Positions 36,541-46,975 of a stretch of DNA of 47,046 nt are shown here, piece by piece. Both the position numbers and the translations under genes were made by a program. Under the pieces are notes generated by a model. It saw only the letters and a list, made by a program, of their open reading frames with translations. It did not search any database and was not told the origin of the DNA. Each line of letters opens with the position of its first letter. Positions within the stretch are counted from its first letter, which is position 1. This DNA is from Nemertoderma westbladi (taxonomy: Eukaryota; Animalia; Xenacoelomorpha): positions 1-47,046 of the forward strand of contig JAUCBJ010006903.1 in the NCBI GenBank assembly GCA_032718475.1, in the 5' to 3' direction.

Positions 36541-36822
36541 TGTAGTGATATGGAATAACTCAAGGGTGAGCGTGAGGCTATATCATATCAGTATATTATG
36601 TATTAATATGTCAGACAGTGCAGTGCAGAAGTGTACAGGTGTAGGCTTTAGGAAGCCGAAGTGCAGTACTACAGAAGTACTGATGATCAGCTGATCTGCC
36701 GATATCACTAGGCAACCAACGTAATCAGGGTATACCGTAAAAGTAACTTTTGTAACCAACCACCAAATATATGTAGAATGAAATACAGTATATAAAAGTG
36801 TGAACCACTGGATGTCACTACA
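36541..36822 (-). repeat. 5' LTR of nested Gypsy
   Basis: TG..CA ends, adjacent to the PBS. Confidence 0.95.
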
Positions 36823-38883
36823 AGGAAGGAGGGACTGAGATACTCCACATGTACCCCTGCGTGTTCGGGTGTAGCGAAGACACCGCGTTGTTCGAGTTCG
36901 TCGAACCGGTCCTGCAACTCAACAAGACGGTTGCGGCCGTATTGGGGTACGCGTCCTTTCTGTTGAGGGGGTAGAGTTGGTCCCATTTTGACAACGGCTT
37001 CGAAGGGGCCCGCGGCGTTATATCTGGGGTACTCTGCTTCGAATACCGTGGAGTGCGCGGCGAGGACTTCGGAAAACTGGCAGCGTTCAGCGCAGGTGAG
37101 GATGTTTTCGGGGTCTAAGCGTACGCCGTCGACGGAACGGGGGTTGGGGCAATGGGTAGAGCGCGATGCAGGCGGTGGGACTGTGTCAACAGCAGCGGTC
37201 GGTATTGCCGCCGGTTGGATGGGTGTTGCCAAGTAAACGTGAGAGTTCCGTTTGATCCTGACGGGGATCTGGGTGACGTTGCGGATGGCGACGGAACCGT
37301 CGCACACTTCGGCAAGGAACGGTTGGAACCAGGGCTCGTTCGGAGACGTAGATGGATGGTGGGGTGCCAGTAAGAGGGGCACGGTACTCGCTACCGGTAG
37401 AGTGAGATCCGTGTCTGGCCAGACTACGACGGACCGGGTAGATGCACGTACCAGTGTGGACTCGGGTCTTCGTGGGCGCGTGGAGGTTGAGTGCTGGCCT
37501 CCGAAGGGTATTGTGGTGCCGTCCGGTAGGGTAATCGTCATATGGGCAGGACATAGCATTATATCATTGCGGTATAGGAACGGCATTCCACAAATGATGG
37601 GACATCCGAGCTCCGGGACAACGAGACCGTTAAACTCGAAGGGAATCGAGCCACAGTGGACGACGAAACGCGTTTCGCCGGTAACCTTCATCTTAGACTG
37701 TCCATCGGCCTGTTCGGGAACCTGGCAACTACTCGGGGAGATATGGACGCCCAGCTGGCGGGCGAACGCCTCCCGGATGAGATCGGATTCTGCGCCACTG
37801 TCGAGTAGCAATCGAAGTGGACGGGACTGATAATCGGCTTCCAAGACGGGGGAATGCATCACAGCGACCCGGCGGGCCGCTGGTGGTTGGTTGTAACCCA
37901 TTGGGGAATCATCGGGGGGCTCGAACTCGTCATTGGAACTGGCGGAATTGGCGATATCGACGGCGCGAGTCCAGACGAGGAGCTGTTTATCCTGATCGGG
38001 GAGGAATGGGCAGGTACTGAGGAAGTGGTCGAAGTCCTTGCGTTGCGCCTGCTTGTACAGGGGGCAAACCCGGGCAGGTCGTCTGCGGTTCTGTAAACTA
38101 CGGCAGTCCGGCTGGCGCGCGCAGTTCGGGTGGTGCTGGGCGACCTCCGTCGTCTGGGAGCGGAACGTGCGCACGTCGGCTGACACGCGGAGCTCTTCCA
38201 AGAGGGACGGCATTGCCTGACTGATCTCGGCCTTGGCGGAAGCCAAGGTGCGGGAACGAAGTTCGCATCATATCGTTGCTTAACCAACGCTGGTAAGTCC
38301 TCGTGGATGAGACGTAACCAAGTCAACACAAGGAAGTTCTCCACCGTGGGGGAGATCTCCTCGGCGGCGGCGGGGAGCTCGCCGTGGTGGGTAATACCCC
38401 CGAGGGGTGAGAGGAGGTTGTCATCTAAAAACGCTGTGAGACGTTGGAAATGTCTTCGTGGCGTTCCTCGTGCTCGAGGTGGATGGTGGAGAGATCTAGG
38501 AATTGGGAGCCGGTCCGTTGAAAACCGTAATGTAATCGGAGGGCCTGCCAGACGTATGAGAGAGATGTTGATTTTAGTACGATGGTGTTATGCGCAATAA
38601 CCTGCGCGTAGTTGGCGATTTGGCCCAGCATGAACTCGAGGGAGACGAGTTGTTGCTGCGCGGTACGTCATTGGGCGTCCGGAACACCGGCGGCGTCGTC
38701 GACGAGACCACGGGTCGGACTCGCAGGAGAAGCCTTCTCCCATACTGCGCCAGCGGCGGTAAACCGTGCGAACTCTGGGTCGAGAGACAGACTATAAATC
38801 AACGTCTGGCGCCAGGACTCGAATGAAGTGATGGATTCCTGAGTAGTGAGTTTAACTAAACATCGAGGCCGTTGATTCGCCAT
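36823..38883 (-). pseudogene. Outer Gypsy gag, protease and RT N-terminus (frameshifted, with stops)
   Basis: ATG 38883 MANQRPRCLVKLTTQESITSFESWRQTLIYSLSLDP; pieces MLGQIANY.., ENFLVLTWLRLIH, LLLDSGAESDLI, PPQQKGRVPQY, VEYLSPSFL, cut at the TSD. Confidence 0.85.
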
Positions 38884-39120
38884 GGTGAATGGTGGATCGG
38901 GTTGGGTACTGCGTGAGTCCGCAGTACCGGTTAGGTAAGTAAGTAGTAGCCTAACTGGTGGGTGGATCGCCAGTAGGTACCGGTAACGGCTGACTGGATA
39001 GCAGGAAGTCGACAGGGGGAGCTCCGACCCCGGGTCGCCTGGTGAAGAGGACGTGTAGCGACTCTGACTTGCTGCTGACAGGCTGAGGGGTGAGAATCGA
39101 ACTCCGAAACGTTGCCACCA

Positions 39121-39459
39121 CACCAGAGGGTAAAAAGAACAAGTGCCGCGGACACGTAGGTGACTGGTGTATTAACATATAACTGATACCGGGTAATAAT
39201 GTTACATATAACATAGGTAAATGGCTACAGTAGCAATACGGTCATACACATAAGCAGTATCACGGTAAAGGAGCAGGTCTGCTATCCAGCAGTCGGGGTA
39301 AAAGTGATACAGCTCCGCAAGCGTGCAGAGCCAGGTAATCAGATAGTCTGACCCTGCTCACCGGGGGACCGGTCTTACACATAGCAGTATGACGTCACCC
39401 GGTGTGTTCTAACTAGTGACCACACAAGGTCTGTCAACCGGTTTGACGGTTGGCTGGCG
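39121..39459 (-). repeat. 5' LTR of outer Gypsy
   Basis: Direct repeat of 28030-28368, adjacent to the PBS. Confidence 0.9.
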
Positions 39460-40125
39460 CAGCTTTAATTTTCGTCTTTGGAATGTACCCTAAATATCAT
39501 TAGAACCTGAATCCGGATCTGAAAATTGTTTTACATTTCACCAAAAAATGCCAAAGATATTATCAAAATACGAAGGTGTAAATTTTGAGACGTAAATAGC
39601 TATAATGTTGTAATGTAATTATAATGTTATAATGTAATAATTATAAAATAGCCCCCTGGAGATCCAAATACAATTTCTAACGCCCATGTATCAGCTTTTT
39701 CCCAACAAAATTCAAATGTTTTTACATATTTCGAATCCTTGGTGCATGGACAGCTTTCCACCGGTAGTACCAACAAACCGATATAAGGTAGAAGAATAAC
39801 TGCGGTGTAACTGATGCAATATCGCTGGAGACACTTTTTTTAAACGAAGTGAAACGATCTTTGTTTCAAATGTTATGTAATCTCATTAAGAGTTGTAGAA
39901 AAATTAGGGGGGTGGGTCGTGTCATTGAATTATGACACTATATTCCGGGGCATGGTGTACACTGTACTCCTATACTGTAGATCTTAGTGCACTCTGTCCT
40001 ATACGATAAACTGTTCCAAAATCTCAGACAGACAAAGGTCAATGGCTCTGACACACTGATATTTACATTTATAATTTACCTTAAATACATTTCTTACCTA
40101 GGGCCATAAGTTATCGTCCTCCGCT

Positions 40126-40313
40126 CGAGATAATTAACCAATCAGTGCATTTGAATTATTAGGGGCCCGAGATAATTAACCAATCAGTGTATTTGAATTT
40201 AGGGACCCGAGATAGTTAACCAATCAGTGCATTTGAATTATTAGGGGCCCGAGATAATTAACCAATCAGTGCATTTGAATTATTAGGGGCCCGAGATAAT
40301 TAACCAATCAGTG
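40126..40313. repeat. About 42-bp tandem repeat, about 4.5 copies, each with a CCAAT motif
   Basis: cgagataattaaccaatcagtgcatttgaattattaggggcc is repeated. Confidence 0.9.
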
Positions 40314-40521
40314 TCATATTACACTACGCTAACCTAAAACCAATATAAAACGTAATTACACTATGTACATGTACATAGTGGGCTATTTTACCGGTATTAT
40401 ACCGGTATACAGTGTTCAGCTGTACTGCTGTTGTACGCTGTTGTGCTGCAGTACTGCAGTACTGTAATCCAGCCTAAACACATATATTTTTCTTATTACG
40501 ATATTGTATTTGGTGCCGGCA

Positions 40522-41349
40522 ATGACTTCGTCACAACCAATGATGGTAACGGTGAGTGATTCACCCAGTCCAGGCGGAAAGAAAAGAAGATGGTCAATGT
40601 CGCAGATAAATAAAGCGAACAAAGAGACGCTTAGAACCATGGTCCGCGATCTCTGCTTAGAAAACGATGACATCGTCAAAAACTCGGGATCTACAGCACC
40701 AAGCAGTGTATCGGCTTCTATTCCTGATGATGCCGTCACTCAAATTCTGAACGAGGTGAAGATGTTGAAGGAGGAGGTGAAACAGCTAAACACACTCAAG
40801 CAGTCTGTCAACAAACTGACTGATGAGTTGAATAATGCATACATTATCATCAACCGTCAACAAGCTTTCCTCGAGAAGTTAGACGACAAAGAGCGAGAAT
40901 GTAATGTAGTTATAATTGGTCTTTCGGAGCAGCGTGGCGTGGAAAATATAGAGAACGATATGGATAAAATTAGCGCTCTGATGAAGGCATCAAACGGTCC
41001 CACACCTAGGGAACGATGGTCACTGAAACGCCTCGGAAGTCCGCCTTTGAACGCAATTGGCCCATCTAAACCGAGGCCAATTTTGTTGAAAGTACCGGAT
41101 AAAGAAACGCGCAATCTTATTCTTCGTTCTGGGAGAAGTCTGAAGGATTCCCCGCAGTTCAACAAGGTGTACCTCAAAGCGGATACGCATCCACTGGTAC
41201 GAGCTGAAGAAAATCGGCTGCGTAAGCGAGCTCGAGATGAACGCGACCGACCTGAAAATGTGGGTGTATCCATAAAGTATGACTACCGAAAACGCGTTCT
41301 TTTACGCGACGATGTCGTTATTGACAAGTTCAATTCAAGATTAAAATAG
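40522..41349 (+). CDS. LINE ORF1 (coiled coil plus RRM/CTD-like nucleic-acid chaperone)
   Basis: ATG 40522; heptad region ILNEVKMLKEEVKQLNTLKQSVNKL; ERECNVVIIGLSE, RLG, RPILLKV, VYLKADTHP..R..L motifs typical of LINE ORF1 proteins. Confidence 0.85.
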   Translation: MTSSQPMMVTVSDSPSPGGKKRRWSMSQINKANKETLRTMVRDLCLENDDIVKNSGSTAPSSVSASIPDDAVTQILNEVKMLKEEVKQLNTLKQSVNKLTDELNNAYIIINRQQAFLEKLDDKERECNVVIIGLSEQRGVENIENDMDKISALMKASNGPTPRERWSLKRLGSPPLNAIGPSKPRPILLKVPDKETRNLILRSGRSLKDSPQFNKVYLKADTHPLVRAEENRLRKRARDERDRPENVGVSIKYDYRKRVLLRDDVVIDKFNSRLK

Positions 41350-44300
41350 GAGTTATCGGCCCGACGGATAATTGGCTTTCCTGAACTTAATTTAAATATT
41401 TGTTTTTGGAATATTGCAGGAATCAAGGACAAACTTTCTAGTGGTAGTATTATATCGTTCATAGTAAACTATGATTTAGTTTATATATCAGAGACTAAAA
41501 CGGCCGCCAGTGTTTCTGTACCAGGTTTTGCGACTATTTCAAACCCGTCAAAGTCACCACATCGTGGTGGTATAATCTTACTTGTTAAATACGCTATACT
41601 CGACAGAATCAAATCTATAGATAAGTCAGTAGAAGGTCAGATATGGATTGAGTTTGACTATATAGCTGATATATTGTTTGGTGGAGTCTATATTCCGCCG
41701 AATGATAGTCTGTACTACGATGATTCATTATTCGCCGAACTGCACCACAAATTTGACTCGTCAAAAGATTTCGTTGCGTTAGGTGATTTTAACGCTCGTG
41801 TCGGCATTCCACAAATCTATGATATCGACAATGAGATAAATACAAGTAATCTACACTATAGAAATGTATCTGATCTAACAGTTAACAAAAGTGGTCAAAT
41901 TCTACAGTGCATTTGCACAGCTACAAATTCGATTGTTTGTAATAATCTTTGTTCTGGGTACTCTAACCTAGGAGGAGGTCTAACTTATAAGAAAGGTGGT
42001 AAATGGGTGTCAGAAATCGATCTTTGCGTGTCGAGCTCTAATATTTATGGTACAATTGCAACGCTCGACGTACATCAAGTCATTCTAGGTTCCGATCACG
42101 CACCAATATCTATTTTGGTTAAGGTTGATAGAGAAAACTTTCGTGTTGATAAGAAGGGTCTATTTACTCGTAGTATGAGTTTGGGTCATTCAATTTATGA
42201 AGACGGTGACGCTGTTAAGCTTACTGGAGTAGCCATGGATATCAAAGGACTTTCCCATAAATTTGTCGAATGCGACAAGTTTGAGGCTAGGATTGCGCAA
42301 TGTGATCCTCCTGTTATCTCGGATACTAACGATGTCGATACGTTGTTGGACTCGTTCTTTGGGACAATCGATGAAGCAGCCCGATCGTGTCGAAGATCTC
42401 GTAACGATCCAGTGACCACAAGGGATCCTGATGCATGTCGATGGGATCTTATCATCAACTCAAATGATCCTAAAAGTTTATGGAAAGCTCTTGACTGGAA
42501 TGGAAACATTTCATTTGAAGATGAGAATAATGCAAATACTGCACCTGAAGATGAGGAGTTTAGGACTCATTTTGAGTCTCTTCTCAATCCTAGCGAACCT
42601 GCAGACATTGACTCCGACATCACTAGTACTATTTACGTACCATGTCTGGATGATCCATTTACTCAACGCGAATTTGCCGAAGGTTTGGCCGATATGAAAA
42701 CCAACAAAGGTTATATTGGGGTAAGCCCCGGCTTGCTAACTAGGCTTCCAGGTGCATGGCTAATATTCATCTTATCAATCTTTAATTTAATATTTATTGG
42801 TGCAATATATCCTGTAAAATGGGCTGTTAGTAAATTAATAACGTGTTTCAAATCTGGTAATAGATTAGATTGTGGCAATTACCGTGGTCTTAGTATAATG
42901 ACAACACTGTTAAAGTTTTTTGATATATTAATTTACAATCGGTTAAAATATTGGATTAATTTAGATAAATGTCAGGCAGGAGCTCAAAAAGGCCGAGGGT
43001 GCATTGAACACATCCTCGGACTTCGACTCATTATAGATTATGCAATTTTCAAGAAGTCTAAATTATACGTCGTTTTCATTGATTTTAGTAAGGCGTATGA
43101 CCGTGTTCCACGTGATAAAATGTTTGAACTACTTAAATCTTCAGGGTGTGGTTTTCGGATGTTATTTATTATTAAAGCGCTGTATTCTGCAACAAAATCT
43201 ATCTTAAGATCTGCTGTAATTCTGACTACTATTGGGGTCCGCCAGGGGGCGCCTTCAAGCGGGATTTTATTTTGTATGTATCTTAATAAACTTGTTATCA
43301 TGTTAAAAGAAGCTGTTAAATGTGATGGTTTCCTTGGTGCTTTAGTTTGCCTTTTGTTTATGGACGATACAGTAATAGTATCAACTTCTAGGAAAAATTG
43401 TGAAATTAAATTACGTGCTCTATACGATTATTGTACTGTTTTTGGTATGGTAATTAATCAAAAGAAAAGCAAATTTTTTGTAATAAACGGTAATGTTGAT
43501 GACAGTAAACCATTTATTTTAGGTACTACAGTTATTTCTACATGTGAATTTTATGTTTATTTAGGTTCTGTTTTCGCCGCTGATGGCCGCATATCTACTG
43601 CACTAAAACACCATATTATCATATGTGAGAGAACAATTAATAAATTTGCAATATTTTGCAGTAAGAATACATCACTCCCATTCGCTTTAAAGAAAAAGGT
43701 TTTTGATGCATGTATAATATCTTCTATTTTATATGGTTGTGAAACGTGGTTGTCTGTTAATGCATGTACTAAGCAAATTGAACCGGTCTTCAATAGGTTA
43801 ATTAAAATTTTACTTTCAGTACGTCAACAAACACCAATTGATTTGTGCTTAATTGAGTTTAATATCCCACCACTTAGTCACTATATTGTAAATGCTAGAC
43901 TTAAATATGTGAAAAATATGTTTAAGTTACCCGTGCACGATACTGATGTGCCTTTATATTATATTTATGATCTTTGTAAAGCTGCAAACACTCCCGGATA
44001 TCGTTGTTTAATGTCAGCACTTGACTACAAGGTCGATGACCCCCTAACTTCCGTCCGTTTACGTGTATTAAATAAACCACTTTCAGCTACCAAGTTCCGT
44101 ACTTACAGTGACACTATCAACCCTGGCCTTACTGCTCATCCACTATACAGTTGCTTGAAACCCGTCATCCCGGACTTTAAACGTGTCCATTTCACCAGAC
44201 TCCGTCTCATGTCACATAGACTCCGAGTGGAAACTGGTCGATGGACTCGTGTTGCTCCTGAGTTACGTGTTTGCTATTGTGATAATACCTCTGTACAAAA

Positions 44301-44454
44301 TGAACACCACGTACTATTAAAATGCCCGATATCTGAACACATTAGAATTAAGTTTGTACAGTTAGATTTCACCGATTTATCTTCATTATTTTCTACCGAT
44401 TTACTAGTTGATCTGTGCAGTTATGTCTCTGAAGTCCTATGTCTTTATTATTGA
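41350..44454 (+). CDS. LINE ORF2: APE endonuclease, reverse transcriptase, C-terminal zinc-knuckle-like motif (open from the codon after the ORF1 stop; no AUG before APE)
   Basis: ICFWNIAG, YISETK, GGIILLV, GVYIPP, GDFNAR, SEID, SDH; NYRGLS, FIDFSKAYDRV, GVRQGAPSS, FMDD, YLG, LYGCETW; SHRLRVETGRW..CYC..EHHVLLKCP. Confidence 0.92.
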   Translation, partial: ELSARRIIGFPELNLNICFWNIAGIKDKLSSGSIISFIVNYDLVYISETKTAASVSVPGFATISNPSKSPHRGGIILLVKYAILDRIKSIDKSVEGQIWIEFDYIADILFGGVYIPPNDSLYYDDSLFAELHHKFDSSKDFVALGDFNARVGIPQIYDIDNEINTSNLHYRNVSDLTVNKSGQILQCICTATNSIVCNNLCSGYSNLGGGLTYKKGGKWVSEIDLCVSSSNIYGTIATLDVHQVILGSDHAPISILVKVDRENFRVDKKGLFTRSMSLGHSIYEDGDAVKLTGVAMDIKGLSHKFVECDKFEARIAQCDPPVISDTNDVDTLLDSFFGTIDEAARSCRRSRNDPVTTRDPDACRWDLIINSNDPKSLWKALDWNGNISFEDENNANTAPEDEEFRTHFESLLNPSEPADIDSDITSTIYVPCLDDPFTQREFAEGLADMKTNKGYIGVSPGLLTRLPGAWLIFILSIFNLIFIGAIYPVKWAVSKLITCFKSGNRLDCGNYRGLSIMTTLLKFFDILIYNRLKYWINLDKCQAGAQKGRGCIEHILGLRLIIDYAIFKKSKLYVVFIDFSKAYDRVPRDKMFELLKSSGCGFRMLFIIKALYSATKSILRSAVILTTIGVRQGAPSSGILFCMYLNKLVIMLKEAVKCDGFLGALVCLLFMDDTVIVSTSRKNCEIKLRALYDYCTVFGMVINQKKSKFFVINGNVDDSKPFILGTTVISTCEFYVYLGSVFAADGRISTALKHHIIICERTINKFAIFCSKNTSLPFALKKKVFDACIISSILYGCETWLSVNACTKQIEPVFNRLIKILLSVRQQTPIDLCLIEFNIPPLSHYIVNARLKYVKNMFKLPVHDTDVPLYYIYDLCKAANTPGYRCLMSALDYKVDDPLTSVRLRVLNKPLSATKFRTYSDTINPGLTAHPLYSCLKPVIPDFKRVHFTRLRLMSHRLRVETGRWTRVAPELRVCYCDNTSVQNEHHVLLKCPISEHIRIKFVQLDFTDLSSLFSTDLLVDLCSYVSEVLCLYY

Positions 44455-44825
44455 ATTAATCTAGTGCTAATTACTCTAGTTATTGATATTATTTCACGTA
44501 TTAATTATTGTGCTATATATATATATACATATTATTCAGAAATTGATTTGGAATTGTGCGCCATTATTATGATATTATAGGCCGGACGGGCCGCATACCG
44601 TCTACTACTACTACTGCAGAGGATTAAATCCTGAGCAATTCCCAACTTAACGACTTACAGGTTCAGTCCAAACGTTCTAGAACAGTGGTGCAGATATTTT
44701 TTCTTTGAGCACCGCGTGATAAATCACCAACACTCAAAGTGAAATTGCACCAAATGGATTTCTTTTTAAACTGATAGTAACTATATGTAAAGTGATGAAA
44801 CATTGCACAAGGTAATTTTTTGCTA

Positions 44826-45322
44826 GTTTCCATGGATACATGGCAACTGCTAATCCATTTTCATGGCGCCACCATAAGATATATAGGGTCATATTGACAA
44901 TATATTTGGAATGTTTCATGATTTTAGCCCAAGGGGAACACGTATTTGGCAATAGTTTAGAAAACTAATGATATTTGTAAAAATTCACCTAAATTCCCAG
45001 TAAAAACGACATTTGAAGACGTATTTCAAACAGTTGCTTTGGTAACTGCTTTTTGAAATGTACCTCAATGGATTCTCGGATGTCGGTTTAGGGGGGGTAG
45101 GTCAAGGTTAGAATTCTGTAGAGTGAATAGAAAGTGGTGTTTTGCAAATGACCTCCTGTTGCCTTGGTGAAACGGGACCCAAAAATCCACAATTGAGCTT
45201 GGCATCAGACGGATTCGGAACCAGCACACTCGATTTAGTTTAACACCGTTGGATGCCAGCCATTACCTAAATTTGCCTTCGCCATCACTTTCTAGGCGTA
45301 TTTTCAGGATTTAGAAACAGAG
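44826..45322 (+). repeat. Old dispersed repeat, copy 2
   Basis: Diverged collinear match to 16400-16832. Confidence 0.8.
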
Positions 45323-46892
45323 TATACTACATTCCTAAAGAATGTAAATCACAGTGGCTCTATAAAACAACCGTTGTAATTATTGTAAGTCATAACTCTG
45401 TCTCGTATTTAATGCGCAGTATCTGAAAGGAACTGTTAATATTACCCTGAAAGTAAACATAGTTTTTGGAGATTATATAGTAGAGATCAATCGAATAATA
45501 CAAAGTAACCTACCCCTAAGGTGACCAGACGTCCCGATTTGGCACTCTGCGAATCTGGTCACCTTACCTGTGTAGTATCGTATAAATACATGATTACTGA
45601 CCTTGATGATTACATTATACCAGTACAGCAGTATACAGACCACCAGACAACCTTAGTCTGCAACCAGTACGCCCTCGTTGTGATCAGTCATTACCCACCC
45701 CCCTCACGCCGATAGAATTCAGTTTCCCTCACACGGTGGGTCATACTGCAAAGTATGGCGCAAAGACTGTCTTCTACTGTTGTCTGACTTTGTACGGACT
45801 AGCAAACAATATAAGACACTTAAATTAACAGGTTAAACTGTTAAAGGTCTAAAAGCGCGAACAATCTTATCAAATATTACATATTTACATAGGTTACATA
45901 GTGAATAGCTTATCGCTACTGAAATGTGCATTTTAGGACGTAAAAGCTTCCCCCCCCCCGTACCATGAAATTTTGACGACACACTATGTAGCACATGTTG
46001 GGCCAATAACATAACCGAAAGTTTCATGACATATGCAAAATTGGTTGAGTAATAGACATTTCATTTTAAAAACTCAGTTTATTGCCCTAACAGGAAAATA
46101 ATAAGAAAAAAATATTTCAAAATTTGGGCCAAAATTTGAAAAATAGCAGGCCACCTTGAAAAATTTCATAGAAAACATAACTTTTGATCGCTTATTTCAT
46201 GGGACCTTGATTTTTGGAATCTACAGTACGTCAAATTTTGCTTCATATGAGATGTTTAATGAATATTTCCGCAATTTCAAATTTTTTAGTGTGCGACCAT
46301 CTTAATTTAACTATTACTTTAGATCTTATTCAATCCACATGCCTCATAGTAAACGCGGTGTTAGAGTTGCTGTGGCACTAGTTCCCTTGATCCAAAAATT
46401 AAAATATTGGTATCTAACTAAGTTTGTACCCATTTGATGACATTTGATGCATGCAGGAAGTTCTTTTTTGAGTCATTTATCTTTCATCAATGTGTTATAT
46501 TGTTATAAATGTCATTATGGTGCATCGCGATGGGACAAAATTTCAACCCTCTTGGGATCCGTGAAGACATAGACGAAATTTAAAGAAATTTTTTTTGCCT
46601 TATTTTTTTACCATTTGGCAACTTTTGTGCACCGGTAGAACAATGAAATCGAAAAAAAAGTAAAAAACGCACCGCCTTAGTGAACATATGACCCGGGCAT
46701 TATTGGTTTTGGCTTCACATCAATACCACATAATTCGAGGTTAAGACCCTTAGATCCCTTCCTATAATAAATGTATAATAACAAACACCTCGAAAAATAC
46801 AGCTTGCCAACACATTGTTACTATCAATAATCAAAACTCAGGGGCTAATAAAATGGCAGCTGGCTTTGAAATTAATACTCCATATCTCAAGA

Positions 46893-46975
46893 ACCTGTGG
46901 CCTAGTGGTTGTAGTCTCGGCTTCCATCTCGAGGTTCCAGGTTCGAATCCGACATAAGGCCGAAACGCGTATGTG
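46893..46975 (+). mobile_element. tRNA-derived SINE head or tRNA pseudogene
   Basis: A box TGGCCTAGTGG at 46898-46908 and B box GGTTCGAATCC at 46940-46950; the acceptor stem does not pair properly. Confidence 0.55.

Larger units (their letters stand above)
31535..36822 (-). mobile_element. Nested Gypsy LTR retrotransposon (Mag-like), full length, 5-bp TSD AGGAA
   Basis: 282-bp LTRs TGTAGTGA..TCACTACA at 31535-31816 and 36541-36822; AGGAA at 31530-31534 and 36823-36827; PBS TGGCGCTGCGAG (36529-36540, minus); PPT AGAAGGGGGG (31817-31826, minus). Confidence 0.96.
28030..39459 (-). mobile_element. Gypsy LTR retrotransposon (outer; resembles the Cigr-type lineage), defective and interrupted by a nested element
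   Basis: 339-bp direct repeats at both ends; PBS TGGTGGCAACG (39110-39120, minus); purine tract at about 28372-28395 (minus); gag-PR (LLLDSGAE)-RT (KLADDLYCGG)-RH (TDAAS)-IN (FAADV, RTDPAPGF, VAE) in Gypsy order, with frameshifts. Confidence 0.92.
40381..44615 (+). mobile_element. Near full-length RTE-X-like LINE (ORF1 plus ORF2); ends approximate
   Basis: ORF1 coiled-coil/RRM-like; ORF2 with APE, RT and C-terminal Cys/His motif; RTE-type GVRQG and LYGCETW; possible (CTA)n tail at 44602-44615. No TSD found. Confidence 0.85.

Noticed and set aside
36708-36822. Hydrophobic C-terminus of the 512-aa ORF as a TM or env-like segment
   Set aside because: Read-through from the interrupted outer RT into the nested LTR.
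29549-38826. Many plus-strand ORFs over the Gypsy elements
   Set aside because: Antisense shadows of GC-rich coding sequence with no recognisable motifs.
4804-44454. Reassigned stop codons (several in-frame TAA/TAG in otherwise sensible frames)
   Set aside because: The long AT-rich ORFs and nine internal exons contain no in-frame TAA or TAG, so the standard code fits.
45521-46410. Further EGFR exons (AG-flanked frames near 45576 and 46323)
   Set aside because: No cysteine pattern, TM segment or kinase motif; stops occur in the compatible phase.
46950-46975. Second hammerhead (GGCCGAAACGCGTA resembles the 3' half)
   Set aside because: No upstream CUGANGA and no stem I. The CTGATGA in the nested LTRs likewise lacks stem II and GAAA.
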